A stretch of DNA of 64,000 nucleotides from Octopus vulgaris (GCA_951406725.2 OX597819.1:1860001-1924000); one strand, 5' to 3'. Shown: positions 39,270-52,930, numbered from the stretch's first letter. The notes: a model not told the origin generated them from the sequence alone. Made by a program: numbers and translations.

Positions 39270-42200
39270 CGTATATATATATACACACACATATACATAC
39301 ACATATATATATACATATATATATCTGTATATATATGTATGTGTGTGTGCATATATATGCACATACTTCTTCACAGGCTCATATGCGCCTGCATGCTTAG
39401 ACATACATATGCATATATGCACGCATGCATACAAACACGCACACATGCACACACATAAATGCATATATGTGCAACTTTAAATCAATATAACACCAACGAA
39501 CAACACTATAAAAATTGTATTTTGAAATGGGAGAGATAGAAGTGTTTTTGTGAAGTTTCTGTCTATTTAGTCCTTTACCGGAAGGAGAAATGCAAAAAAA
39601 AAGAGACAGATTGTGGGAAATGCAGGATGAAGAACAAAAGCCGAAAAAAGAGCCGGATATAAGCTCTTGCGAGCTGTGAAGGCGCCATTTTTAAATGACA
39701 CAGAAGTGATGGAAGAATATGGTGTTCACCGTAGTGTTACAAAAACAGGAGTAAGCTGGAAGGATATATGCACGTGCGTGTGTATGTGCATGCGTGTATG
39801 TGACCTCTCTGTATGTGAGAGAAACTACTGTATGTATGCTTGTTTATTTCGGAGTGTGCGTATATGTGTGTTTGAGTGTCTGTATGTCTGTGTGTAAAAG
39901 TTTGCGTATTCTGAAGAGCGCGCGCGCGAGTGAGTGTGTGTGTGTGTGCATGTGCGTGCCTGCGTGTGTTTAAATGTTGAATGTGTGTCTAATTCAGTTG
40001 TATTATATGTTCATATATGCAGTGTTGAATTCGTTTCGAAAGTGTGTGTGCGGGTGTGCTTGTGTGTACTTTGTGTTTGAGTAGACAGGTAAGCGTGTAA
40101 GTATTTCATGTTCATATTTGTATATTTGGAATATGTGGAACTGTGTTTCGCGCATAGCCGAACGTGTTTCTCTATTGGTATGTGTATGCGTGAGTAATGT
40201 GTTTGTTCAAGTGATATGTGTGTCTTTAGTGTCTATGTGTGTGTGCGTGTCTTGTGTCTAAGTCTGCGTATGAGATTAATGTACATATATAATATGCGGG
40301 TAACTGCTTCAAATGTGGACAGTCGATGTGTTTGTATGACTGTCGGATGTAATGGTGTGTGTGAATATACGCGATATTTCGAATGAAGCGCTCCTTAACA
40401 GAAAATGTGGAAGGGAATGCAAAAATTCAAAGAAGATAGTTTGGTCTCCTCTCCGGAGGCAAGAGCTGGTGTTTCTAGTGTTCAAATCAGAACTAAAAAT
40501 AAAGAGGCTCCGGTTAATATGATCCATGGATCATAAATAGCATGGGGCAGACGATGGAAGACAAATGGCATGGGGCAGAAGACATTGGGGATTCGGATAG
40601 CCCCCAGATGTTCTGTCAATCAGCCGACTAATATCCGGCCTATCTGTTCAGAAAATAGTATTTAAAGCTTTTGGAGGCGCAGCCGAAAGAGTCGGTGAAG
40701 TGGAAGGAATGATTTGTTGAGGGTTGTTATATTGGTATGCAAAGAGCAAATGCGGAATTAATATGGGATCATATCCGATGAACTAGAAATGAGCTGTGTA
40801 TTTTAGATTATGAAAATTGTGGTTACAATTAGAAGAGGGAGGATTTTTTTTTTTTTTTTTTTGGTGAAGAGACGGTGAGATTGAAGGGAGTCAGGGGTTT
40901 ATGCATGGATTCGGTTTTAATTCAAATCTCTTCTTCTATAGAGCCGGTCGAGTGAAGTTGGTAGGCATGAAGACTTTGTGAAAGCCTATTATTCATACTA
41001 ACATATCCACCCATCTACGATGGAGGCATAAAATGAAGGAGAGAAGTCATAGCAGTAATATGTTTTGAGAGAAGTGTAAATGGACTTGAGAGATTACTGG
41101 GTGATGTCTTAGGGAAATCACATTATTGTTGCTGATACAGCATTCTATTGCAGCTATACGACATGTGTTTGCGACTAAGTGACATGCGATGACGATTCAT
41201 TCCAGAACTGAAATAGGCTCCAGCCTCTGTATCATGAATGGCTATCTGGACCACTCCTAACGAAAGCCTTCCTTCGACTTCTGCATAAAAAGTATTAAGA
41301 AAAAAATGTAATTTAGATATACTTTTATTTCAGTTGTGTGCACTATTTTACGCCTATTTATAGTCTTATACGTTCACAATTCACAAATATTCACGGTTGG
41401 ATTCTTAATGGCCCTGAAAGAGATTCAGTGAAATGCACTAATACGGTAAGAACCAGACTGAAAACAAGTACTAAGCTTGATTTGACTATTAAATCTTTCA
41501 AGCCGCATCCTCAGGATGATCCCATTTCTATGATAGCTGTTTTGAGATGGAATCTTGTGTGATTACCTCACCATGACTTTATAATTTCTTTTGTGTTGAT
41601 ATAGCACAGAATTCTCTCAAGTGTTTCTCCATCAGCGGCTTCATCCTTATATACACGGCTAAAATGAAATTTTCATTCTTAGTAGAATAGTATACCTTTG
41701 TACATAAAATGCAGTAGAGGTTTGGCGGATCTGTTGGAACTCTATGTATATAAGGTTCTTGTGTAGGTCTTATTGCAAATGACCTTTCACGAAGGAAGAA
41801 CCCAGCAAATTCTGACACTGTATTTGAGATTAGTTCTGGATATTATACCAGAACTAATATAGAACTTCAACAGCTAGCAGTTTTCGAGCATTACGTTTTA
41901 CTAGTTAACGGAGATTTGATTCTTCTCAAACTGCTGTTGCTCTTTCTAGTTATGGACCATTATTCACGTTAGTAAAATCAACTAAATGAATTCTTTTTCG
42001 TGGTCTCTCGATATTTCTTATTTTTATCATCGCCTGCTTTCAGATTTTAAACGTATTCTTCCCGCTTAATTCAATATGAGAGAATTTCTGCAGGTAATTT
42101 TATGTTGTTTATTTGAAAATATTTTACATACCTTTTTCTTAAACATTGATAAAAATACTTAGGTGTTGAAATATTTGTACAGTTGTGGGATCTTTATTTA

Positions 42201-42302
42201 TATAATGTAACATTCATTTTACAATCCCCTATGTTTTACTCTGTTTTGATGGAACTAAGTTCTCTGTTCCTAGTTACTCATCATGTTTAATTCATAAGCA
42301 CA

Positions 42303-42675
42303 GTGACACTCTGTCGGATACGACGACGAGGGTTCCAGTTGATCCGATCAACGGAACAGCCTGTTCGTGAAATTACCGTGCAAGTGGCTGAGCACTCAAC
42401 AGACATGTGTACCCTTAACGCAGTTCTTGGGGAGATTCAGCGTGTGACAAGGCTGGCCTTTAGAAATACAGGAACAACAGAAACAGGAAAAAAGAGTGAG
42501 AGAGTGTTTTGGTGAAAGAGTACAGCAGGGTTCCCCACCACCACCCCTGCCAGAGCCTCGTGGAGCTCTATGTATTTTCGCTCAATAAACACTCACAACG
42601 CTCGGTCTGGGAATCGAAATCGCGATCCTATGACCGTGAGTCCACTGCCCTAACCACTGGTCCATTGCGCTACCA
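42303..42675 (-). mobile_element. Family C SINE
   Basis: Collinear with 33948-34326 across its whole length. Confidence 0.9.
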
Positions 42676-42739
42676 CATAAGCACAGGATTGAACTATCAT
42701 ATGATGTTGACCATATTTATGATCATAGTCACTTTGTAT

Positions 42740-43052
42740 GTTAGGATCTACCTTTAGCCGTCCTTTTTGTGTTCTTGGATCACTCAACATGCAGCAGGGC
42801 GGTGCAGTTATGTCAGCCTTCCACGACTAAGGAATACTACCTATTTTCCAGTGAGATTTTCTAACAAGAAATAAGGTTCAATCATATCCTAAATGGTCTT
42901 TGTGTCCATTAACCAACTTCCAGTACTTCTATGTCCTTGTGCCCTTTTGTTAGATATATATTATTGGCTGAGGATAGAAAGCTTCGAATGACCCGTCCTT
43001 GTTTTTTGTATCGTCTATCTGGATGTTTTGCGTTCTTGTCCCATTTTGTAGT

Positions 43053-43097
<45 letters not shown>

Positions 43098-43265
43098 TCA
43101 ACTACAAAATGGGACAGTAGAATGTTAAATATTCATTCTGATTGAACGTACTTTCAAAAATCTTCGGGTTCATGTAGTAGTGTTGACAGTCATGCTTCAC
43201 AATTTTTGACTGTATATATATATATATATATATCAACTACAAAATGGGACACGGACGCAAAACAT
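42740..43265 (+). mobile_element. Possible Penelope-like 3' end with short inverted terminal copies embedded in (TA)n
   Basis: Weak GIY-YIG C-terminal-like FNHILNGL; terminus GTTTTGCGTTCTTGTCCCATTTTGTAGTTGA (43025-43055) recurs inverted at ~43098-43116 and ~43232-43263. Confidence 0.4.
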
Positions 43266-43470
<205 letters not shown>

Positions 43471-44149
43471 TATGGTGGTTGTCTACCCCTTATGCAGAGT
43501 TTGACCAAAATATTATCTGCAGCAGCAGTTTTTCCGGTAATCTAGCGCGCCAAAACGAGGACATTTGAAATAGTAACCACGAGTGTAACGGGTAGAACTG
43601 TTTACAAGTATGACTTTGTGCGGATGTTCCTAGTATGCAGTCCTGCAAATTATATTCATCTGGACGGTCGCACATCGATGATCTACGGATATTTATGTAA
43701 GTAAATTATGTAATATGTTAATAGTGAAACATGTATGCGAATAATCCATATTTGTATTGCTTTTTCTTTTGTCTTGCTCAATTACGTTTTGGTTGGTTGG
43801 CTAAATTTTTCCTGAGAACATTTCTTCCTGGGAAGACCATAGCGGATCTATTTCTAGCATATAGGTGTCCACATAGTGGTTTCCCTCTAATATGCATATA
43901 CTACAATTTTACTGAACCTTCAGTTTTTTATATGCTAGACCACTGGTGTGAAATCGATGTTCATTAAATTAATATCTAATTTCTCACCCTCATTTTAAAT
44001 TTATATACATATACATGCACACACACACACACACATACACACACACACATATATATGTTATAATTTAGAAAAACAGTAAGTTGTCATTATAATACTTGGA
44101 GTTTCGAATGTCGGAGCGAAGAGCTAAATGTATTCTCGTCGACTATTGT

Positions 44150-44869
44150 CATTACGTAGGCTTTAAACCGTGTGGGAAGATGAATGGAGACGCAACGTCG
44201 CCATCACTAGTGATCACTCAAGTCACCATGATATTGATTGGATGTTTTTATTTTTATAAATTTCAGTACATGTTTTGGGAACACGGTAAGCCAATGGTTG
44301 TTCTGTGTGTTCACCATCTGATTCTGGCAGAAATTTCTCGTCTGAGGAATACCAAAGCATGTTCGGTTGGAGGGAATACTTGGGTTTGTTTAAAAGCCTC
44401 TTGTCCTTGATAGCTTGGGATAAAGATTGGCCCTTTCTCTTCTTGCATGAAGAATACCGAATGTCTTCAGGCACTACCTGCCTGATAAGATACTCAGACA
44501 TTCCCATGTCTCGCTATGGACCTAACAGACTAGGGAACGTTGTCAATCATGGCCTGGATCTCACCAACAAATTCTGTTGTTTGTTTCCGAGCTGCCGTAC
44601 CTTCGTAATCACCATTAGACTGATCCAACTCTTTCCAAAACCTCTGCTCTACCCACAGTTTGACACCCAAACACTCTGAAATGTTCATATTGGAGTTTCT
44701 GGCGCGAATGCCAAGCAGTACATTATGTCGTTTCTAAATTTCTGGCAAAACGAATTGCGTCATGGTGGTGCCCAAATGACCCTACAATACTGTGTAGTGA
44801 CAAAATCAAATACAAACAAAGTGCATGCGCTAAATTAAAAATATGAAAAGGTGACAATTTACCCATCGC

Positions 44870-44873
<4 letters not shown>
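44150..44873 (-). mobile_element. Tc1/mariner-superfamily (maT/DD37D-like) transposon, 3'-truncated
   Basis: Terminus TA|TAGGGTGCGATGGGTAAATTGTCACC next to (TA)n; IRQVVPEDIRY, SSDEK.FCQNQMVNTQNNHWL, VITSDGDVASPFIFPHGLK. Confidence 0.75.
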
Positions 44874-44927
<54 letters not shown>

Positions 44928-45989
44928 TATGCGCATACATAAGCATACGTGCATATAAATATATATGGGGTATGTACGCATATACAAACACACACACACT
45001 CACACACACACTCACATACACACTCACATACCCACACAAACACACACATACATACACACATACACACATATACACACACACACATTTATATATTCGGCCA
45101 TCATTGATTCTTTCTATAACATCCTAACCATGCGAAAAAAAAAAAAGGAGGCTAAAATCAATAGCGGTGCATATCTAGAGCTAATAAAATAGAATTATCA
45201 ACTGTCTAGTAACCCTTTCCTGCTCCTTGGTATTCCAATTAGAATACTCTGCGTACACGACCTGCCATATTGCTTTTAATAACATATATTATCCAAATTA
45301 TATCCTATTATCAGGATATAAAATACGGCTGTTATATACCGTTGAGTATTGAACAGATCTTCCGAGCATCAATATTTGTTCCTATTAAAATTACTGATAA
45401 GTATCGCGAAAGAGAATGAAGGATGTAACTTCAAGTCTCTAGTGACAGTACGAATATAGCATGTTTTCTGTTCAGAGTTGTATTGTGGAAGATAAAGAGG
45501 AGAAATATTTATAGTGTTACAATTCAGAATAAAAAGGTCGTTTGTCAACGATTTTTGCTTTACTTTGATCCGGTGAGAGAGGTGTCTCAGATATAGAAAT
45601 ATCTGATATAAAAACATTCATGTGCTATTTGAACATGTTACAAGAATAATATTTTACAGTAGTATGCAATCAATATAGAATCACAGAAGATCTTTTATGA
45701 TATACAGCTTGGGATGTCGGTACTGAATTCATTCCTGTTGTGTCTGACTATAGAGTTTTGCAGAAGACAATTGCTACTATATTTGCCTGCGAAGATACAA
45801 ATAAAACTAATTTATGACAATTATTGCTTTCAAATGCATAGACTTGAACTTAATTCGCTTCAAGTTTTATTCTTGTATACTATCAATAATCAAGTGCCTG
45901 GAGGAAGTAGTGCTGCCTTGGCTCAAGTGGGTGACGGCTGGAAGACCATCATTTTCCACGACCTTCTGCCAACAATCTGCAAGCTTTCG

Positions 45990-46354
45990 GATTTGGTCAA
46001 AGTACCAATCCTTCGGCTTTGAATCGAAAAATTCTTGACAAGCTTCTTCAACATCATCGAATCGGCGGTCTTTCAGAAAGTGAGCATTGATCGGAAGAGA
46101 CCGTAGCCAAATGGAATAACGTGTCGACTATAGGCTGGATGCAGCAGAGCTTCCACACCGTCCGATTCTTCAATATTGTTGCTGGTCTTTTCGGTGGTAT
46201 GCGGCTTTGCACTGTCATGTTGAAACAAAGCGCGTTTTCGACGAACAGTCACCACTGAACATAGCATGACCTGAATGAACACACACACACCCCAAAAATA
46301 TATATATAAAGTATTATTTTAACACGGGGCACGAACGTTTTCCTCAACCTAATA
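45990..46354 (-). mobile_element. Internally deleted mariner fragment
   Basis: TIR-like TATTAGGTTGAGGAAAACG at ~46354 joined to LFQHDSAKPHT...LHPAYS...YGLFRS. Confidence 0.75.
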
Positions 46355-46426
46355 TAACAAATGCTCGAGTGGTTTGTGTGTTATCTCATATACTTATGAT
46401 CAGAATATATTTCTAATCCGAATATA

Positions 46427-47100
46427 TCAGGTTGAGTAAAAAGTAGGCAACGTTTTGAGACATGAAGAATTTGTACCGGATTTTTGCAGAGTTTTGACAT
46501 AGATTTGCCCAGATGCATCAATAAATTAACATTGACATTTTTTCACCGTTGTTAAAATCATCTAAAATGGAACTGTCAAAGCATATTATTCGAGCAATTT
46601 TGCTATTCAACTTTAAGAAAGGACGTAAAGCAGCTGACCTGAACCTTCAAGATCATGAGAATAGTGGACGCCCATCTGTCATCGATGGCGGTCAATAAAA
46701 AGACCGTCATTGAGAAAGATTCACATAATACCACTCGAGAACTAGCAAAAGAACTCCAAGTTATCCAGAAAACTGCCTGAAGCCATTTACATGCGATTGG
46801 AAAATCAGAAAAGTTAGACACGATTTGAATATAAATCAGGAAATGTGCAAATATGAAGCTTGCTCGTCTCTTCTCCGTAACCCGACCAATCCATTTCTCG
46901 ACTTTATTGTAACTCACAATGAAAATTGGGTTCTGTACAATAATGAAAAACGTTCTTCGCAGTGGTTGGACCAAAATGATGCACTGAAAAGCTTCTCTAA
47001 ATCTGATCCAATGACACACCAGAAGTTGAGGGAACTTGGCTACGAAGTTCTTCCCCACCCAGCTTATTCTCCAGACCTTTCTCCTACCGACTACCACTTT
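46427..47100 (+). mobile_element. Internally deleted mariner, 3'-truncated at a CR1-like LINE
   Basis: TA|TCAGGTTGAGTAAAAAGTAGG start; LQDHENSGRPS, IVTHNENWVLYNN, ELGYEVLPHPAYSPDLSPTDYHF. Confidence 0.85.
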
Positions 47101-48012
47101 GCCAAGATCACGCAGTTTGTGACATATCATTCCATGATCGACTTTATCAAAGGCCTTTGCAAAGTCGAGATATATCACTTCCACATTTGAGTGGTTGAGC
47201 AGTCGTTTCAGCACCCAGTCATAGTGTTGTAGGAGCTGAGTTAAGCAGCTTCTTCCCGGTCGGAAACCATGTTGGGTGTCAGGCAGCAAGTCATTTTCTT
47301 CAAGGTAGGTGATTAGTTTCCTTCTGACTATTCGTTCCATGACCTTGCTGATGTGTGAGGTGAGAGAGATAGGTCTGTAGTTCTTGGCCTCCGCTCTGCT
47401 ACCTCCTTTATGAATAGGGCATATTTTACCTTCCTTCAGTTTTCTTGGAAGTTTGCCAGCTGCAAGGAAGCTCTGAAAGAGGAACAGCAGTGGTCTTGCT
47501 AGGACTCTCTTACATACATTTAGATGTATTGCTGGGAATCCATCGGGGCCAGTAGCTGGTTTGTTTTCATTTCATCTATAGCCTTTATTACATCGTCTTC
47601 CTTTATATTGATGTAATCAATCATCGCTGCCTCTGATTTTATATCTGCAGTGGTAAAGAAGACAGTTGGATTGCTGACTTGAAAATGCCCAAGGGGTGGA
47701 GTGAAAATACTCTTGAATTGCTCATTTAGTATTTCACTTACCATCATTGGATTTCCTGTGAGTGTGCCATCCTTTTCAAGGAGTGGCCCTATCCTACAGT
47801 GCACCGTAGCTGTTTCTTTGGCATACCTGTAGAAAGCTCTGGGGTTAGATTTTATGTTGTCTATAGCCCAGGCTTCTTTGTCTGCTCTTTCTTTTTCATG
47901 GGAGAGTTGCAGACATTTTTCAATTTCCAACAGTTTTATTTTCAGGCAGGACTTTGCACTGCTTTCAATGTGTTTGTTTAGGCGATTTGAAACTTTTGTA
48001 CGCCGTCTCATT
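47101..48012 (-). mobile_element. CR1-like LINE ORF2 fragment (pre-RT and RT domains 0-3)
   Basis: IKSNPRAFYRYAK, NYRPISLTSHISKVMER, QHGFRPGRSCLTQLL, IYLDFAKAFDKVDHG. Confidence 0.9.
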
Positions 48013-48024
48013 AGAATTTATATA

Positions 48025-49207
48025 TCTTTATATATTTAAAACTGAGAATGTGTGTCTGTCTGTCTGTCTGTGTGTTTCCCTAAAACTTGAGAACTAGAAA
48101 ACCAATTTTATTCAAATTTTACACATGCATTACTTAGGGTCCGGGGAGTGTCATCGGCTAAATTTTTTCTAACTTTTTGCCTAGGGCGAGCCCACAGCAA
48201 TATCATATCTTCTCCACTACGATTCCCTAAATCTTGAGAACTACACAACCAATTTCATTCAAATTTTACACATGCCTTACTTAGGATCCATGTAGTTTCA
48301 TGGGCAAAAAAATGTTCAACTGCTTGCATAGAGCGAGCCCATAGCAATATCATATCTTCTCCACTATTTCAGTATTACGTGTTAAAAGTGAAACAAAAAC
48401 GTTTCTCTATTTTATGTCAGATATTTTCACTTTAACAATAAAAATAATAATAACAATTGAATTATATGTAGTAAGTAATAATTAAAATCAAACTAAAGTA
48501 TAATATAATCGTAACATAACAAAAGTAAAAATAGCAATTGGTATAAAATTGCATCAATGATTTGAACTTGAATAAGTGGTTTCACATGAATAGGAATAAA
48601 TTAAAAATAAAATTAGCGTGCAGAAATGGAATAGTCCAGATGGATAATAAAAAATTAAATTAAAGAAAAGAATATTGTCTATAAAGTATACAATGTAGAG
48701 AAAAAAGAAGATTTGAACACCTGGAGGAAAGCACCTTCGAAAAGTGTCTTGGTGCGACTATGAAAGGTATCTAATCAGAGCCGGTAAATTCGCCACAATA
48801 GAAGCAATTTTCGAGTCAACGGGGTGTGCAAGGGAGTACTCGACTCGAACTTGCAAAGTGGAAATATTTTATTTTTACCTTTATATCTGGGATGTAGGGC
48901 GTCCCGGAAAAAATTTAAAATGCCCCCCCGCCCCCGAAGTAGAGGTAGGCTGGATTGTAGCCACACTTCTATACAAGAGGGAGGACAAGATACAATTGAT
49001 CGAAATTACAAGAGACGGGCTAACAATTCCAGTCTGTTATATATTTTGAGTATTGTTATCACTAGCGATATCAAGATATAACTTTGTATTTTGTATTTTA
49101 TGTGTAGATGTATATATATAGATGTACATGTAATATGTACAAATGTATTTACACATATATACATGCACTAGCACTATGACCCGGCAACGACGGGTCGTTA
49201 ATGCTAG
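48025..49207 (+). mobile_element. Non-autonomous Helitron (1183 bp)
   Basis: A|TC 5' end (TCTTTATATATTTAAAACTGAG...(TGTC)n); 3' hairpin GACCCG-GCAACGA-CGGGTC (49178-49196) 7 nt before CTAG|T; inserted in an AT target with no TSD; ~150-bp internal tandem duplication (~48078-48370). Confidence 0.85.
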
Positions 49208-49246
49208 TATTATATATATATAAAATCAATAATATAATATATATAT

Positions 49247-49470
49247 ATTTACTTCCCACAAGGGGCTAAACATAGAGGGGACAAACAAGGACAGTCAAAC
49301 GGATTAAGTCGATTATATTAACCCCAATGCGAAACTGGTACTTTATTTATCGACCCCGAAAGGATGAAAGGCAACGTCGACCTCGGCGAAATTTGAACTC
49401 TGAACGTAACGACAGACGAAATACGGCTACGCATTTCGCCCGGCGTGCTAACGTTTCTGCCAGCTCGCCT
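49247..49470 (-). mobile_element. Family B SINE (Meta-domain-like core) with Tx1-type tail, near-intact
   Basis: Reverse complement GGCGAGCTGGCAGAAACGTTAGC...GAGTTCAAAT...GCCTTTCATCCTTTCGGGGTCGATAAATAAAGTACCAG...TGTTTGTCCCCTCTATGTTTAGCCCCTTGTGGGAAGTAAAT. Confidence 0.9.
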
Positions 49471-49482
49471 CCATATATATAC

Positions 49483-49542
<60 letters not shown>

Positions 49543-49899
49543 GCATATATGGGTACAAGACGTCACCTTTTTCTATCTGTGTCCCTCTCCCCCAGTCTTT
49601 CTCTTTTACTCTCTCTCTCTCTCTCTCTCTCTTTTGAACGTCCGTACAGGAAAAGAAAGACGGTCACGTGAGGAAAAGAAAGATGAATTATGGTTACGTG
49701 TGAGCAACGAGAGATCGTTGCTCACACGTAACCATAGTATAGATTAATCACAAACTAGATTTCATTTGCGTAATTATCCACAACTCATCAGTGTGATCGT
49801 CTTTGCAAATATATATATATATATAGTGAGAATTTTCAAAAAGAAAAACAAGAGGCGAAGACGTGTGTGTAAGCAATAAACAGATGTGTGTGTGTGTGT

Positions 49900-50200
49900 G
49901 GAGGTGCAGTAGCCCAGTGGTTAGGGCATCAGGCTCGTGGTCGTAGGATAGCGGTTTCGATTCTTCCCAGACTGGGCTTTGTGAGTGTTTATTGAGCAAA
50001 AGCATCTAAAGCTCCACGAGACTCCGGCAGAGGGTGGTGGCGATCCCTGCTGTACTCTTTCGCCACAACTTTCTCTCACTCTTTCTTCTGTTGGCCTGCT
50101 CACTTAGCCAGCGGGGTGGGGTCATTTAAAGGCTAAAACAATGCGAAGCACATTGTGACCAGCGATGTAGCAGCATCTGATAGCCTGGTCGGTCACGTGG
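49900..50200 (+). mobile_element. Family C-head SINE with an alternative 3' tail ending in (GGT)n
   Basis: Head and body match 33948-34326 up to CTTTCTCTCACTCTT, then diverge to GACCAGCGATGTAGCAGCATCTGATAGCCTGGTCGGTCAC. Confidence 0.8.
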
Positions 50201-50236
50201 TGGTGGTGGTGGTGGTGGTGGATATATATATATATT

Positions 50237-50280
<44 letters not shown>

Positions 50281-50799
50281 CACACATTATTTTAGTGAAG
50301 TATGCTGTTGGCAAGCAAACTTAAAGGGTCATCTACGGCTGTCATTTTGCTGTATGTATGAACTTTTGATTTGCCCTTCTCAGATGATTGTGCACTTGAA
50401 GAACAGACTCTGGAGGACATGTAATGGATTCTAAAGAATTACATGCCTCTGTATTCGTGTTTGCGTCAGTATTTCTGTGTTTGCGTCAGTATTTCTGTGT
50501 GTGCGTGCGTGTATGCATGTGTGTGCGTGCGTGTATGCATGTGTGTGCGTGTTTAGTATGTGTGTGTTTTGAGTGCGTTTATATGGCTTTGCTTATTACA
50601 CTGTTTGTACCCGTCTCATTCAGGTTTTTTTCTTTTGCTTACATATTTATTTATTTATTCATGTTATATTCTCGCCACATCTTTAGTATGTGTATGTGTG
50701 TCTTGTATCTGGATTATGTATTATATTGTTTGTATTATATTCTTTGCCTTTCTCTCTTCCTGTCCTTAGTCATACATACATATACGAATATATTTATGA

Positions 50800-51015
50800 T
50801 TGTGTGTCTTTGTGTTTGTAGCCCACCACCACCACCACCACTTGGCAAGCGATGCTGGTTTGTGTACGTCCCCGTAGCTTAAAATTTTCGTTAAAGAGAC
50901 CGACAGAATAAGTATCGGGCCTAAACAAATAAGTACTGGTTTCGATTTGTTCGACTAAACCCTTGAACGTGGTACCCTGGCATGACCCCAGTCCAATGAC
51001 TGAAACATATAAACA
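50800..51015 (+). mobile_element. 3' half of a family A SINE
   Basis: GATGCTGGTTTGTGTACGTCCCCGT...GACAGAATAAGTA...CAGTCCAATGACTGAAAC. Confidence 0.7.
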
Positions 51016-51199
51016 GATACAGTGTTCCTATCATGCATCTAGCCACCCAAAACCTACCCATCCAACCGTCCGTCCATCCATCCATCTATCCATCAATTTA
51101 GCTACTTGGGCTACTACTTTGTGTCTTTATAAGATTAAGACTTAAGCCTTTATTTATTTTCATTAATATAGTTGATTTAAAGACATAACTACTGACTAT

Positions 51200-52460
51200 A
51201 CTCGTCTAAGAATGCGAGCTGTATCTCTTCTGGATCACCTCGAGCCTGACAGCAGCTCCAATATTCTTAATATGTTTTTCAAAGCCCTTGGGAACTGCTC
51301 CTAATACTCCAAGTATCACCATTACTTTCCTCATGTCCCATGGGAACTGCTCCTAATACTCCAAGTATCACCATTACTTTCCTCATGTCCCATAACTTTC
51401 CTATCGCGTCCCGCAGTGGCTGGTATTTCTTAGTCTTTTCTGTTTCTTTACATTTCACTAATGCAAAATTTATTATCTTTACTTCTTTTTCATCTTTATG
51501 GATGAGTACGATATCTGGTTGTCTCGCCTCTATGACTTGGTTGAACTGCATGTTAAAATCCCACAGTATTTTCTAATGTTCGTTTTCCTTTACTCTCTCT
51601 GAATTGTGTTCATACCATTGTTCGGCTCTCTCGAGGTTTGCTTTACCGTAAAACAACCAGTGGATATATCTGGCCACGTTGAGGTGTCTCCTTTTGTATT
51701 CGCGTTGTGCGAGCTTACAGCACACACTAACTATATGGCTTATACTTTCTCCCTTCTCAGTGCACATCCTACTCTGTAGCGAGTCAGTACTTTTATCAAT
51801 ATGCTATTTGGAGTAGATTTTTCTGAGAATTTGTTCTTGAGCGCTGCACACAAATGCCTCAGTGGGCCCTTTTAAGTCTCCTTTCTGTAGCCATTGCCAG
51901 ATTCTATTCCAATCAATCTCATCTTTATTCTTCAAAAACACACTGTACATTTTCTTTTCCTGCCAAAGTTTCTGCATCTGTATGCTCTCTCTAGTCTTTC
52001 TTAAATTGTCACTTTTAGGTTTCCTGCTTCAATAATCTTTTTCTTTACTTCCCTTGACAGACCAAGCCGGGCTATTCTCCTCTTCCCTGACACAACCTTC
52101 ACCACACACCAATCCCCGTGCGCCTTGTTTCCTCTTTGCATACAATCTCGACACATCACTCTTGGGCTGTAGTTCCTTGTTCATTGTCATTAATTTACGT
52201 GTTCTCGGGTCTATCTCTTGTAATTCATGCTTCTTCCAAGATTCCATTCCTGCCCCTTATCTCATCAAAGCTCTAATCTTGTAGCGGCCATTTAGCTTCG
52301 ATTGGAGTTCAAGCCCAGTTCTCCTCACATATTCTTTCCGATACATTTCTTTCATCTTGTGTACATTCATCTTATCTCTTTCAATGATACCCAGGTATAT
52401 GCGTGCTCCCTATCTGACTTCCTTTATAGTTTCACCACTTTCCAGCTTGATCCCATAGTT
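51200..52460 (-). mobile_element. R4/Dong-like LINE 3' fragment
   Basis: IDPRTRKLMTMN, LYAKRKQGARGL, WQWLQKGDLK, CTEKGESISHIVSVCCKLAQREYKRRH (CCHC), ARQPDIVLI (RLE). Confidence 0.85.
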
Positions 52461-52625
52461 TTTACTTTTGAAATTTAACTCCACCAGCTTATCTCCCTAT
52501 GCTATGAGTTCAGTTCGCAACGTCGCCATTGAGTTTTGTATTAACTTCAGGATATTGTGGGAAACCTTAAGCATTTTAAGTCATTCAATAATCCACGAGT
52601 GTAGGACCATGTCATATGCTTCTCC

Positions 52626-52749
<124 letters not shown>

Positions 52750-52930
52750 GTGAGAGAGCAACACATGCCATCAAAGTGACACTGGGATAAAATATACGAA
52801 GCCCAATACACACATCATGACTACCCGTCTGATAGGGGTACACCAGGAGCATGCATCACAGCCATATCTGTGCGATATGGTGCTTTGACATCAACATAAA
52901 CAGCGCTTGACCTTGCAGGTGGGGCCCAGT

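Noticed and set aside
46603-47340. 245-aa ORF that looks like an RT fusion protein
   Set aside because: CR1 RT reads through a breakpoint into the antisense strand of a mariner; a chance chimera.
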